A stretch of 64,000 nucleotides of DNA from Anaerolineales bacterium (lineage in GTDB: Bacteria > Chloroflexota > Anaerolineae > Anaerolineales > Villigracilaceae). The DNA is taken from assembly GCA_020634885.1 (NCBI GenBank), contig JACKAW010000011.1:844-64843 (forward strand), given 5' to 3'. Below the pieces are notes generated by a model, which was given only the letters and a program-made list of their open reading frames with translations, ran no database searches and was not told the origin of the DNA. Below are positions 33,689-43,253 of this stretch, piece by piece (the stretch's first letter is position 1; each line of letters begins with the position of its first letter). The position numbers and the translations under genes are program-made.

Positions 33689-34768
33689 TTATTTATATCC
33701 TGCCATGCGAGCCAGCGCCATAAGCGGATTTTGAATATATAACCACAAGTTGGTCTCAGAAAACAGATTCACCGTTGAACGCCCCGCCAATTTATTCCTA
33801 ACTACAGAAATCGCGCTTGCATATCTTACGTCGTGATATTCCGCTTTTGGGAAGGTTTCCCCAAGACTTGCCTTTACGGCAAGGTGCGGAAAATTCACAC
33901 CGGCACGGAATGAACCTTCCAAACTACCCCAAAAACGCGGATTAACTTCTATGATCACAACCCGTCCATCCGATGCTCTTTTGCGCAGATCAATATGAGC
34001 AACCCCAGTCCACTTGAACGTGGACACAAGCTTCGTTACCGCTTGCAACACATCAGGATCATGTACAAACTCAATAGCATCTGGAGATTGAAAACCTTCT
34101 CTTACTTCACTGCCCTTTATTCCCTTTTGGATTGTATGTGCAAGGATTTCGCCATTTTTGCATAATACACTGCAGTCAATATCTTCTCCTTCAAGAAAAT
34201 TTTGCACAATGTAATTATCAAAAAAATCTGGTTTTTCTTCGATCTCGCGTGACAAGGCTATACGATCTTCAAAACGGACAATCCCAACCCCACCGCCCGA
34301 TAGCCGAGGCTTAACCAAAACCGGAAAGATCAAACCACGATCTCTTCCATTGAACTGCTCATAACTTCTAATGGTAACGGGTGCAGGCAGGCGATTCTCA
34401 GCAAGAAAGGCTGCGAGCAATCCTTTATCCCAAAAGGTTCGCAAATTTTGCGCAGAATCCATTAACAAAAACGGAACGATAGCCTCAACCTGTTTGCGGC
34501 GCTGTGCAAAATAATAGATGGCATCCATATCCACTGGCATACATAAATCTATTTTTTGTTTACTGCAAACTTCCATAACCGCATCCGCCAAACTTTGCCC
34601 ATCTCGCAAAAAGTGAAATGATTTTACTTTTCTTGAAAACCGTGCAAGAGGGGCAGGGGTACGCGATACAAGATGGACACTTAATTTCTTCGCCTGCAAT
34701 AAACAAGTGATCACATGCGAAGCAAAAGGGCTTTCTCCATCAGGAATTACTATTGATAGTTTCGGCAT
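33689..34768 (-). CDS. ATP-grasp domain protein
   Basis: VLVKPRLSGGGVGI (P-loop-like flexible loop), IVQNFLEGEDIDCSVL and AHIDLR......VVIIEVNPRFWGS are typical ATP-grasp blocks. Confidence 0.75.
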   Translation of the reverse strand: MPKLSIVIPDGESPFASHVITCLLQAKKLSVHLVSRTPAPLARFSRKVKSFHFLRDGQSLADAVMEVCSKQKIDLCMPVDMDAIYYFAQRRKQVEAIVPFLLMDSAQNLRTFWDKGLLAAFLAENRLPAPVTIRSYEQFNGRDRGLIFPVLVKPRLSGGGVGIVRFEDRIALSREIEEKPDFFDNYIVQNFLEGEDIDCSVLCKNGEILAHTIQKGIKGSEVREGFQSPDAIEFVHDPDVLQAVTKLVSTFKWTGVAHIDLRKRASDGRVVIIEVNPRFWGSLEGSFRAGVNFPHLAVKASLGETFPKAEYHDVRYASAISVVRNKLAGRSTVNLFSETNLWLYIQNPLMALARMAGYK

Positions 34769-34940
34769 GGGCTAAACTTTTCAAGGCTGAATATATTTCA
34801 AACCATACTATATTGCATTAGAGAATACAAACTGTATTATATACAATAAAAAGTATCTCACTTGAGTGGTGATAAAATCCGCATGACATTTTGTTTGAAT
34901 TTCAGATCAACATATAAACCCAATTCTATTAGGACAACTC

Positions 34941-35297
34941 ATGGATAAGATATTCATCAAAGACCTGTTGGTGCGCGGCATCATCGGTATTCGTGATTGG
35001 GAACGTGAAACCGTGCAGGATATTCTCATCAATGTGACGGTCTACACCGACACCCTCCGCGCCGCCGAAACAGACGATATTGCCGATTGCGTGGATTACA
35101 GCGCGCTGGCAAGTAAGATCCGCGCCCATGCAGAGACCGCCAAGCGGCTCACCGTGGAAGCCCTCGCCAACGACCTGGCAAAAATTTGCCTCGAAACGCC
35201 GCTGGTCAAAAAGACCGTTGTCCGTGTGGAAAAACCCGGCGCGGTCCGCTTCACCAAATCGGTAGGCGTGGAAGTTGAACGAAAACGCGGCGATTAG
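34941..35297 (+). CDS. folB: Dihydroneopterin aldolase
   Basis: [29 protein letters not shown]...DCVDYS, ~118 aa, FolB signature. Confidence 0.85.
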   Translation: MDKIFIKDLLVRGIIGIRDWERETVQDILINVTVYTDTLRAAETDDIADCVDYSALASKIRAHAETAKRLTVEALANDLAKICLETPLVKKTVVRVEKPGAVRFTKSVGVEVERKRGD

Positions 35298-35929
35298 ATC
35301 CGCAAAGGTTCCGCGCCACGGTTGAGATGGTCTAAAAATTCCTGACGGGTGTTGATGCTCTTTCTAAATGTACCCAGCATGGATGAAGTGGTCATACGCG
35401 CATCGTGCTTTTTCACGCCGCGCATCATGGCGCACAGGTGAAGTCCCTCCACCACCACTGCCACCCCCTGCGGTTTGAGCAGGTCGTTAATAAAATCCGC
35501 GATCTGACGGGTCATGCGTTCCTGCACCTGCAAGCGGCGGGCGAACATATCTACAATGCGGGGGATTTTGGAAAGCCCGATCACCTGTCCGTTGGGGATG
35601 TAGGCAACATGCGCCCGACCCATGAACGGCAGCATGTGATGTTCGCATAAGCTGAAGTACTCAATATCACGCACGATCACCATGTCATCATAGGTCACAT
35701 TGAAGACCGCCCCATTGACCAGTTTTTCCACATCGGTGCGGTAGCCGCCAAGCAGCTCGGGGTACATCCGCGCCACGCGTTTGGGGGTATTTTGCAATCC
35801 CTCACGGTTGGGGTCTTCGCCAAAAGCAGCCAACATCGCCCGAACAGATTCTTCAATGGTTGTTGTATCGATCTCTTCATTGAAGTTCGGACCTTCATCA
35901 AAATCTTCATTGGTTTCGGGGTCGATCAT
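35294..35929 (-). CDS. folE: GTP cyclohydrolase I
   Basis: [21 protein letters not shown] and QERMT motifs. Its 3' end overlaps folB by 4 nt (convergent). Confidence 0.95.
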   Translation of the reverse strand: MIDPETNEDFDEGPNFNEEIDTTTIEESVRAMLAAFGEDPNREGLQNTPKRVARMYPELLGGYRTDVEKLVNGAVFNVTYDDMVIVRDIEYFSLCEHHMLPFMGRAHVAYIPNGQVIGLSKIPRIVDMFARRLQVQERMTRQIADFINDLLKPQGVAVVVEGLHLCAMMRGVKKHDARMTTSSMLGTFRKSINTRQEFLDHLNRGAEPLRI

Positions 35930-36018
35930 TGTTTCTCCAGTTTATGGGGTGGGTCTCCCGATTGTATCTGATTTACAAATGTCTACCCACTTGGTACAGA
36001 GAGGATAAAATACGCTTT

Positions 36019-36486
36019 ATGAATAATAACCTTACTTCTAAAAGTATTTTCTTCGGTTCATGGCTGGGCGTTCTCAGTGGCGCCATTCTTGGGGCGGGAA
36101 CCGGCGCCATCAGCGGAACATGGAACGGCGTAACAGTCGCCGCCATCATCGGCGCAATCAGCGGAATTTTCACCGGCGCATTGACGGGGGCACTCGTCAC
36201 CCGCACCGCAGGCACAACCGGCGGCGTCAGCACGGGCGCATATTCTGGCATGGCATTTGGCGCCTTTTTGGGGCTGATCTGCGGCATGTTCGTCCCCGAA
36301 TCTTTTCGGCTCAAAGTTCTAGAGTTGGATGTGCTTATTTTGAACGTCATCTTCTCGGGGCGGTTCGAGGCGGCGATCCTTTTCAGTTTCCTGTTCTCGG
36401 TACTCGCCACCGCTGTCGGCGCGTGGATCGGCGGGCGAAATCTCATGCGCCGCGATGTAGAAAACCTGAAAACAAACCACCCGTAG
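36019..36486 (+). CDS. Gly-rich (glycine-zipper-like) small membrane protein
   Basis: Repeated GAxxGAxxG segments are present (GAILGAGTGAISGTWNG, GAISGIFTGALTGA). Internal ATG at 36019. Confidence 0.55.
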   Translation: MNNNLTSKSIFFGSWLGVLSGAILGAGTGAISGTWNGVTVAAIIGAISGIFTGALTGALVTRTAGTTGGVSTGAYSGMAFGAFLGLICGMFVPESFRLKVLELDVLILNVIFSGRFEAAILFSFLFSVLATAVGAWIGGRNLMRRDVENLKTNHP

Positions 36487-36610
36487 GGGCGGGGCACACA
36501 CCCACACAACGTTTCATCCCCGTTATGCCGCAAAACCAGAATGGTATAATTTTGTCGCCTAAATTCATAAATCCCCGATCAAAATTGGTCATTATCTGAA
36601 GGAGAACGAC

Positions 36611-37363
36611 ATGTCCGGACATTCGAAGTGGTCCACCATTAAACGCAAGAAAGGCGTAGCCGATGCCAAACGCGGCGCCATTTTCACCCGCCTGGCGCGT
36701 GAAATCACCATTGCCGCCCGCGATGGCGGCGACCCCGATACCAATTTCCGCCTGCGCCTCGCCGTGGAAAAAGCCCGCGCCGAAAACATGCCCAAAGACA
36801 ATATCGAACGCGCCATCAAAAAAGGCACCGGCGAAGATAAAGATGCCGCCGTGTTCGAAGAACTCACCCTCGAAGGCTACGGACCACATGGTTCAGCCGT
36901 CATGGTCTCCTGCGTCACCGATAACCGAGTCCGCACCGTTTCAGATGTCCGCCACATCTTCAGCAAGTTTGGCGGCAACATGGCAGAAGCCGGAGCCGTC
37001 GGCTGGCAGTTCGACCGCAAATGCTACTTCTCCTTCCCCGCCAGCGCCATCGCTTTCGATAAAGCTTTCGAACTCGGCGTTGAAGCCGGAGCCGACGATG
37101 TAGTGGACAGCGGCGAAGAGATCGAAATTTTTGGTCCCGTTGATGCCTTCAAAACCATCATGGATACCCTCAGCAAAGCCAACGTTCAGCCTGCCGAAGC
37201 CGGTCTGCGCCTGATCTCCAAACAAGAGATCGACCTCGGTGTGGAAGAGATCATGTCTGTAATGAAGGTCGTTGAAAACCTCGAAGACCTCGACGATGTG
37301 CAGGATGTCTATCACAACGTGAAGATGTCTGACGAAGCGCTCGCCGCCCTCGAAAACGCGTAA
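36611..37363 (+). CDS. yebC: YebC/PmpR family transcriptional regulator
   Basis: MSGHSKWSTIKRKKGVADAKRG N-terminus, 250 aa. Confidence 0.95.
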   Translation: MSGHSKWSTIKRKKGVADAKRGAIFTRLAREITIAARDGGDPDTNFRLRLAVEKARAENMPKDNIERAIKKGTGEDKDAAVFEELTLEGYGPHGSAVMVSCVTDNRVRTVSDVRHIFSKFGGNMAEAGAVGWQFDRKCYFSFPASAIAFDKAFELGVEAGADDVVDSGEEIEIFGPVDAFKTIMDTLSKANVQPAEAGLRLISKQEIDLGVEEIMSVMKVVENLEDLDDVQDVYHNVKMSDEALAALENA

Positions 37364-37380
37364 AAATCATCAAACACGAC

Positions 37381-37424
37381 GGGCACGAAGGACACGAAGG
37401 TTTTCCTTTGTGAACTTCGTGCCC
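37381..37424 (+). terminator. Hairpin built from repeated cacgaagg words, followed by a T-rich tail
   Basis: gggcacgaag ... cttcgtgccc followed by tttgtgg. The 5' arm contains gggcacgaa/ggacacgaa in tandem. Confidence 0.5.
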
Positions 37425-37443
37425 TTTGTGGTTAAATGGGTTT

Positions 37444-37944
37444 ATGACACTCGCCCTCGGAATTGACCCCGGCACCGCCACCACAGGCTACGGACTCGTG
37501 CGCCTCATGCCAGACGGGGAGCTGGTCGCTGTTGATTATGGCGTGATCCTCACCCCAAAAGAATCCAGCGACTCCGCTCGGCTCGTGATGCTCTTCGATG
37601 AACTCAACAAGATCCTAAAGAAGCACAAGCCCGAAACCGCCGCCGTGGAAAAACTCTTCTTCGCGCGCAACGTAACCACCGGCATCACGGTTGGACAGGC
37701 TCGCGGCGTGGTGCTGCTCGCGCTCGAAAAAGCAAAGATCACTCCCTACGAATACAGCCCCACCGAAGTGAAAAATGCCGTAGCGGGCTATGGTCATGCC
37801 GAAAAACGTCAAATGCAGGAAATGGTACGGACATTACTGCAGCTTGAAAAAATCCCCAAACCAGACGATGCCGCCGACGCATTGGCAGTTGCCATCACCC
37901 ATCTAAACACTGCCCGATATGATCTTCCGGGCTACAACGGGTAA
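37444..37944 (+). CDS. ruvC: Crossover junction endodeoxyribonuclease RuvC
   Basis: LGIDPGTATTGYG, EKLFFARN and DAADALAVAITH catalytic motifs. Start at the internal ATG 37444. Confidence 0.9.
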   Translation: MTLALGIDPGTATTGYGLVRLMPDGELVAVDYGVILTPKESSDSARLVMLFDELNKILKKHKPETAAVEKLFFARNVTTGITVGQARGVVLLALEKAKITPYEYSPTEVKNAVAGYGHAEKRQMQEMVRTLLQLEKIPKPDDAADALAVAITHLNTARYDLPGYNG

Positions 37945-37952
37945 TCCTTATC

Positions 37953-37981
37953 TTGTCCGGCACACCTGTCTGTGCTACACT
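37953..37981 (+). promoter_or_regulatory. Candidate promoter (extended -10)
   Basis: TTGTCC-17 nt-TACACT, with TGc immediately upstream of the -10. Confidence 0.4.
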
Positions 37982-38019
37982 ACGAGCAATAAATTTCAAA
38001 AGGAAAGGAGGTACGTTAA

Positions 38020-38082
38020 GTGAATATTGATAACAAATTTCGACTAAAGAAACGAGTGCCTCCTGTTCGCATATTGGCTTAA
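38020..38082 (+). CDS. Candidate 20-codon micro-ORF (MNIDNKFRLKKRVPPVRILA)
   Basis: A GTG start lies 7 nt after a near-perfect SD (GGAAAGGAGGT). It is followed by a strong terminator and has its own candidate promoter. No homology assessment was possible. Confidence 0.25.
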   Translation: MNIDNKFRLKKRVPPVRILA

Positions 38083-38111
38083 CTTTCCCAACTATTGGGT
38101 TTAATTCCATG

Positions 38112-38140
38112 ACCGCAGGCGCTTGTCTGCGGTTTTTTTT
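38112..38140 (+). terminator. Rho-independent terminator
   Basis: accgcag-N8-ctgcggt followed by T8. Confidence 0.8.
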
Positions 38141-38168
38141 ATTAATAGACTTCTTGCAAAAGTCACTT

Positions 38169-38232
38169 GTAGGTCAGGCTTTTAGCCTGACGATCTGTTG
38201 ATATTTAGCGCATGGCGGGTTGAAAACCCGCC
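38169..38232. repeat. Two REP-like hairpins upstream of the ABC operon
   Basis: The first is gtaggtcaggc-tttt-agcctgac (38169-38191). The second is ggcgggtt-gaa-aacccgcc followed by ctat (38214-38236). Confidence 0.7.
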
Positions 38233-38282
38233 CTATGGATACTTGTGCAAGAGGTCTAATGCATCAATGAAGAAGGTAACAC

Positions 38283-39281
38283 ATGAGTGTGATTGAAGTG
38301 CAAGAACTAGGCAAAGAATTTCAAGTGCCGCAAAAAGACCCGGGGGTTCTAGGCGCGGTGCGCGGGTTATTCCGTCCGCGTTATGAAAACAAAAAGGCGG
38401 TAGACCAGCTCAACTTCCAGGTGGAAGCGGGGGAGATCGTTGGCTACATCGGCGTGAACGGTGCGGGCAAATCCACCACCATCAAAATGCTTACCGGCAT
38501 CCTCATGCCCTCCAGCGGAACCGTGCGCGTGCTGGGGCGTGACCCACACAAACAGCGCGTGGAAAACGCCCGTGAGATCGGCGTAGTCTTTGGGCAGCGC
38601 ACCCAATTATGGTGGGACCTTGCGCTGATCGAATCGCTGGACCTGATCGCAAAGATCTATGATGTGCCGCCCGCTCGATACAAGGAAGTGCTGGAGCAAT
38701 TTACCGAAACGTTGGAACTCGGCAGCCTGCTCAAAGTGCCGGTGCGCAACATGTCGCTCGGACAAAAGATGCGTTCAGAACTTGCCGCTGCGCTGATCCA
38801 TCAGCCCAAAGTGGTGTATCTGGATGAACCCACCATCGGGTTGGACTTGATCGTGAAGGAACGCATCCGCGATTTTATTAAGAAGGAATGCGGTTCCAAA
38901 GGCATGACCGTGATGCTGACCACACACGACCTCGGCGATATTGAAGAACTGTGCCAGCGAGTCATCATCATTGACAACGGACATGTGATCTACGACGGAC
39001 CGATCAACACTATTAAGAAACGCTTTGGTAAATTCCGTGAGATCACCTTTGAAACAGCAGAAAATGCAAAAGCGCCCACACTGCCTGCGGGCGCAGAAGT
39101 TCTCGCGGCAGAAGAACGCAAATTGCAAATCCGTTTTGACCGCACAGTAAGCAGCGCCAGCAAGATCGCCAGTACCGTGATGAGCCAAATGGAAGTGACC
39201 GATTTTTCCCTCTCTGAACCAGACCTCGCCGGAATTGTGAAACAGATCTACAACGGCGCATTGGATATGGAGGAAAAATGA
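38283..39281 (+). CDS. ABC transporter ATP-binding protein (ABC-2 type, COG4586-like)
   Basis: Walker A GVNGAGKST, signature LSLGQKMR, Walker B VVYLDEPTIGLD and H-loop TTHD. Confidence 0.9.
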   Translation: MSVIEVQELGKEFQVPQKDPGVLGAVRGLFRPRYENKKAVDQLNFQVEAGEIVGYIGVNGAGKSTTIKMLTGILMPSSGTVRVLGRDPHKQRVENAREIGVVFGQRTQLWWDLALIESLDLIAKIYDVPPARYKEVLEQFTETLELGSLLKVPVRNMSLGQKMRSELAAALIHQPKVVYLDEPTIGLDLIVKERIRDFIKKECGSKGMTVMLTTHDLGDIEELCQRVIIIDNGHVIYDGPINTIKKRFGKFREITFETAENAKAPTLPAGAEVLAAEERKLQIRFDRTVSSASKIASTVMSQMEVTDFSLSEPDLAGIVKQIYNGALDMEEK

Positions 39282-40090
39282 TCCACTCCTTAAACCGCCG
39301 CGCCTCCATGTATGGTGCGTTATTTGCCATGATCCCCAAAATGTTCATGGCGTATCAACTATGGTTTTGGGCAGGGCTGGTAATGAACATTATCAGCATT
39401 ACCATTTTGTATTTTTTTTGGGATGCGATCTACGCCAATGCAACCATCATCTCCGGGCTTACCCGTGAGCAGACCCTCAATTATGTTTTACTGGCGTTCT
39501 TCTTCATGCCGCTTGTCAGCAATGACCTGCTCTGGGAGTTCGGCAGCAACCTGCGTGAAGGGTTAATGATCCACCACCTTTTGCGTCCGGTTAATTTTCA
39601 GGCAATGAACTACGCCCAACAACTGGGTGGGCTGGTCACCCGCATGGCATTTCAACTTCCCATCATGCTGCTTGCCATGTTCCTGTTCGATATGCAATTT
39701 CCAGCCGACTTGAATACATGGGTGGCTTTCCTCCTCTCTGCCCTGCTTGGATTCACTGCCATGTTCTTTTTTAGTTGGCTGATGGCGTGCATGGCATTCT
39801 ACACCACCGAGATATGGGGGTTGGGCGTCTTGCTTGAAGGCATTACCATCTTTTTTAGCGGGTCACTGGTGCCGCTGGCAATGATGCCCGCATGGCTGCG
39901 TGGAATTGTGCTCAGCGTCCCTTTTGCACAGGCATTGGCGGTTCCTGTTGGTTTACTGGCAGGCATTACCCCCGTGAGTGACGCACCCCGCATCTGGCTC
40001 ATTCAATTGGGTTGGATCATCAGCATGTGGATTCTTTCAAACCTTGTCTTTCGTGTTGCAGTTCGCAAGATCACGGTGCAGGGAGGCTGA
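39278..40090 (+). CDS. ABC-2 family transporter permease
   Basis: Six predicted TM helices. ATGA start/stop overlap with the ATPase gene. Confidence 0.8.
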   Translation: MIHSLNRRASMYGALFAMIPKMFMAYQLWFWAGLVMNIISITILYFFWDAIYANATIISGLTREQTLNYVLLAFFFMPLVSNDLLWEFGSNLREGLMIHHLLRPVNFQAMNYAQQLGGLVTRMAFQLPIMLLAMFLFDMQFPADLNTWVAFLLSALLGFTAMFFFSWLMACMAFYTTEIWGLGVLLEGITIFFSGSLVPLAMMPAWLRGIVLSVPFAQALAVPVGLLAGITPVSDAPRIWLIQLGWIISMWILSNLVFRVAVRKITVQGG

Positions 40091-40091
40091 T

Positions 40092-40880
40092 ATGACACGA
40101 TACCTTGATCTATACTGGCTGTTCCTCATTCAACGCCTCAAAACCCTGATGGAATACCGCGCCAGCTTTATCCTTGGGGCGGCTTCCACCATTTCGTTAC
40201 AGGCGGCAAGTATTGCGGCGGTATGGGTTGTGATGCAAAAAGTGCCCAGCCTAAACGGTTGGAGCTACAACGAAGTACTGATGGTCTATGGGTTTGTCAC
40301 ACTGACAAAATCCATCAACCACATGTTTGCCGATAATCTGTGGACGATAGGACGGGTGTACATCCGTACCGGCGGGTTTGATAGGTTCCTCGTCCGCCCG
40401 ATTGACCCGCTCTTTCACCTGCTGGCAGACCGGTTTTGTCAGGATGGCGTGGGCAACTTCGTGGTTGGCATTGCATTGGTCATCAAAACCTCCATCGACC
40501 TCGGCATAGAGTGGACTCTGCCCAAGGCGCTCATGTTGATCGTTGCCACTATCAGCGGTGGGGTGATCTTCATTGCGCTCAACCTTATCACGGCGGTTTC
40601 CTCATTCTGGGTGATAGACTCTGTCCCCGTTACCCGGCTTGTGTTCGATAATCACCTCTTCGCGCAGTATCCGCTCACGATCTATCCGCGAGCTATTTCG
40701 GTGCTACTCACCTGGGTCATTCCCTACGGGTTTGCTTCGTTCTACCCCGCCAGCTATTTACTCGGACGCGAGATCGGCAACCTCGCCTGGCTCTCTCCAT
40801 TTATCGCGGCGTTTCTGATGTTCATTGGCTATCGCTTCTGGCAATTCGGGTTGAGATATTACTCAGGCACAGGCTCCTAA
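40092..40880 (+). CDS. ABC-2 family transporter permease (second subunit)
   Basis: The internal ATG at 40092 lies 1 nt after the previous stop. Multi-TM profile. This is the typical three-gene COG4586/4587/3694-like arrangement. Confidence 0.8.
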   Translation: MTRYLDLYWLFLIQRLKTLMEYRASFILGAASTISLQAASIAAVWVVMQKVPSLNGWSYNEVLMVYGFVTLTKSINHMFADNLWTIGRVYIRTGGFDRFLVRPIDPLFHLLADRFCQDGVGNFVVGIALVIKTSIDLGIEWTLPKALMLIVATISGGVIFIALNLITAVSSFWVIDSVPVTRLVFDNHLFAQYPLTIYPRAISVLLTWVIPYGFASFYPASYLLGREIGNLAWLSPFIAAFLMFIGYRFWQFGLRYYSGTGS

Positions 40881-40882
40881 AA

Positions 40883-40919
40883 GTAGGGGCGACTTTTACG
40901 GTCGCCCCTACTTTTTATT
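40883..40919 (+). terminator. Terminator of the ABC operon (a GTAGG-family hairpin)
   Basis: gtaggggcgac-ttttacg-gtcgcccctac followed by tttttattt. Confidence 0.85.
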
Positions 40920-40937
40920 TACGGTAAAATACGAACC

Positions 40938-41516
40938 ATGATCGCAACCTTACGCGGAGAAATTCAACATATTGAAGATAACGCCATCATCGTCGAAGTG
41001 GGCGGTGTGGGGCTGAGAGTCTTTGTCCCGGCGCCAGTGCGCACAAAGGCATCGGCGGGAGAAATGATCTTTTTGTTCACCCATCTTGTCGTTAGGGAAG
41101 ATGCGTTAACGCTCTACGGCTTCGAATCCCAATCCGACCGCGATCTGTTCAACATCCTGCTCGGGGTTGATGGGGTGGGTCCAAAAGTGGCAGTTTCCGT
41201 TTTATCCACACTTACGCTTGAAACCATTCAACGCGCCATCTTTTCGGATGAAGAAGAACTGCTTAGCAAGGTGCCGGGCGTGGGCAAGAAAACCGCGCAA
41301 AAAATGGCGATCCATCTCAAAGACAAACTCAAACCAACGGATGCACTCGGCAAACTCGCGGCGCTCGCCGATTACGACAGCGAAGTCCTCGCCGCGCTCA
41401 CCGCATTGGGTTATTCTGTGGTTGAAGCACAAGCCGCGCTGCAATCGTTACCCAAAGATGCGCCCAAAGATGTGGAAGAACGCCTGCGCGCCGCTTTGCA
41501 ATACATTAGCCGATAA
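40938..41516 (+). CDS. ruvA: Holliday junction branch migration complex subunit RuvA
   Basis: MIATLRGEI...VEVGGVGLRVFVP OB domain, two HhH motifs (LLGVDGVGPKVA, KVPGVGKKTAQK) and C-terminal domain III. Confidence 0.9.
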   Translation: MIATLRGEIQHIEDNAIIVEVGGVGLRVFVPAPVRTKASAGEMIFLFTHLVVREDALTLYGFESQSDRDLFNILLGVDGVGPKVAVSVLSTLTLETIQRAIFSDEEELLSKVPGVGKKTAQKMAIHLKDKLKPTDALGKLAALADYDSEVLAALTALGYSVVEAQAALQSLPKDAPKDVEERLRAALQYISR

Positions 41517-41534
41517 GTGCAGCATAGCGTGTAA

Positions 41535-41577
41535 ATAAGAAGAGACGGTCACCATCAAAGTGACCGTCTCTTCTTAT
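41535..41577. terminator. Bidirectional terminator (18-bp stem)
   Basis: ataagaagagacggtcac-N7-gtgaccgtctcttcttat. Confidence 0.85.
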
Positions 41578-41593
41578 TATTTAAACAAATGAA

Positions 41594-42322
41594 TTATCGC
41601 TGAACAGGTCTTTGTACAGGGATAGGTTTCTTAACTGGGAATAACGTATCGATCACGATACTCACCAAGCGGACAAATAAGAGGAAGAGCAAACTGCCAG
41701 CCGAGAACCAGTAATAATTCTGCGCCCAAGCCATGCTGGTATCTGTTCCGCTGAAAATAGCGTGGAAGATGCCCACAAAATACATGGCAAAGCTCAGGTA
41801 ATGCAGCGTGCGCCAGAACGCCTGCCCAATCACCGGGCGGATGTAGAAACTCAACGCCACCATGAGCCAGATGTAAAAACCCAATTGCCCAAGCCCCACC
41901 CAAAAGGGACGGTAGTCCACAGTGCTGAATGGGATCAGCAATTGCAAAAGAGTGAAGTTGATGTAATGATCGCCAAGGATGACAAGCGCATGGAACCCGG
42001 CGAATGCCAACCCCAGCAAACTGACATATTCATGAATGGCAAAGGTGGCGGGCATACCGGGCCACAATCGAGCCATCTTGTTGGTAATGCCCAAACCCAA
42101 CGCCATGGATAGCCATAAAAGCGAAAGGGATACAAATGCCGTACCGCGCGAAAGATACCAATACGCCTTGGGGGCGTCACCGCTCAATGAGAAAGCCATA
42201 TTCGGCAAAAAGATCGGCATGACAAGCAAGGCGATCAATAGCCCAAGCATGGACGCTAAAAGGAACAACAAAAAAGATTGAATACTTACCGATGATTCAT
42301 TGAAATCATTTTGAGTTTGCAT
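41594..42322 (-). CDS. Ferric reductase-like transmembrane domain protein (MsrQ/FRD-type haem b membrane protein)
   Basis: Six TM helices with conserved His pairs (FAIHEYVSLLGLAFAGFHALV ... RTLHYLSFAMYFVGIFHAI). Confidence 0.7.
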   Translation of the reverse strand: MQTQNDFNESSVSIQSFLLFLLASMLGLLIALLVMPIFLPNMAFSLSGDAPKAYWYLSRGTAFVSLSLLWLSMALGLGITNKMARLWPGMPATFAIHEYVSLLGLAFAGFHALVILGDHYINFTLLQLLIPFSTVDYRPFWVGLGQLGFYIWLMVALSFYIRPVIGQAFWRTLHYLSFAMYFVGIFHAIFSGTDTSMAWAQNYYWFSAGSLLFLLFVRLVSIVIDTLFPVKKPIPVQRPVQR

Positions 42323-43253
42323 ACATCACTCCTTGCAAAAATTCAGGCATAGACTGGTTAATGAACACCTCACCCGATTCGAGGATCATCATTCCCGCAT
42401 AAGATGGGTTTTCCCTGAGCCACTCCAACCCTTTTTCTCTGCCGAGGATGAAGGTGGTCTTGGCGGCGGCTTCGGCTTCCATCACCGTCGGCGCGATGAC
42501 CGTCACACGCAGGGCATCTGTTTCCACCGGCTGACCGGTGTTGGGATTAATGATGTGGTGCTGCATCACGCCATTGCGCTTCCACTTGCGGCGGTCTTTG
42601 CCTGAGGTTGCCACACCGCCGCCTTTGATATGCAGCGTATCAAAATCCTTGCCTTTATTGAACGGGTCTGAAACGCCAACTTGCCATGCACTTCCATCCA
42701 GGCGCGGGCCACTTACGGCAATATCACCACCTGCGTTCATTAAACATGCGCCATACGCCCGTAAACGTTCAACGGTTTGATGAGCCGCCCATCCCTTTGC
42801 AATACCGCCAAAATCAAGCTGCACGCCCCTGGGCAAGGTAATGGTGCGGGTTTCAGGGTCTGAAACCACCATGGCAAGCGGCTCCACTTCGAAACACCCT
42901 GCAAAAGCATCCTTATTCAAATCAGTGCGATGAAGAGAATCAAAAGGCTGGCTGTAGCCAGAAGCAAGCATCGCGTTCAACACCGTCGGCGTGACCAGCC
43001 CGCCGCTGAACCCGTTTGCCCACAGAGCCGTTTGGTACACATCCCACAAGGTATCGCTGACCGTTACCGGCTGGTCAAAGGTTCGGTTGAGCTGAGTCAG
43101 TTCACTGTCCAGCCTGAAGCGGGAGAGAGATTGTTCCCATTCTTCAAACCAGTTCGGCACATCCTGTAATACGCCAGAGATTGAATCCGAATCTGATTCG
43201 AGAATGGCAAGCATGTCACAGCCCATGGCGCGAAACGAGGTTGAGTGAAACAT
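42306..43253 (-). CDS. apbE: FAD:protein FMN transferase ApbE
   Basis: FRAMGCDM, LDFGGIAKGWA, MNAGGDIAV and GGVATSG motifs. Overlaps the downstream gene by 17 nt. Confidence 0.9.
   Translation of the reverse strand: MFHSTSFRAMGCDMLAILESDSDSISGVLQDVPNWFEEWEQSLSRFRLDSELTQLNRTFDQPVTVSDTLWDVYQTALWANGFSGGLVTPTVLNAMLASGYSQPFDSLHRTDLNKDAFAGCFEVEPLAMVVSDPETRTITLPRGVQLDFGGIAKGWAAHQTVERLRAYGACLMNAGGDIAVSGPRLDGSAWQVGVSDPFNKGKDFDTLHIKGGGVATSGKDRRKWKRNGVMQHHIINPNTGQPVETDALRVTVIAPTVMEAEAAAKTTFILGREKGLEWLRENPSYAGMMILESGEVFINQSMPEFLQGVMYANSK

Noticed and set aside
35973-36889. Minus-strand ORFs 35973-36533 and 36443-36889 (186 and 148 aa).
   Set aside because: They are antisense to the Gly-zipper membrane protein gene and to yebC. 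The yebC identification is unambiguous, and the antisense translations are low-complexity.
37895-38110. 71-aa minus-strand ORF spanning the ruvC 3' end and the following spacer.
   Set aside because: It overlaps the ruvC coding end and runs antisense through the promoter/SD/micro-ORF unit. It has no RBS and no recognisable motif.
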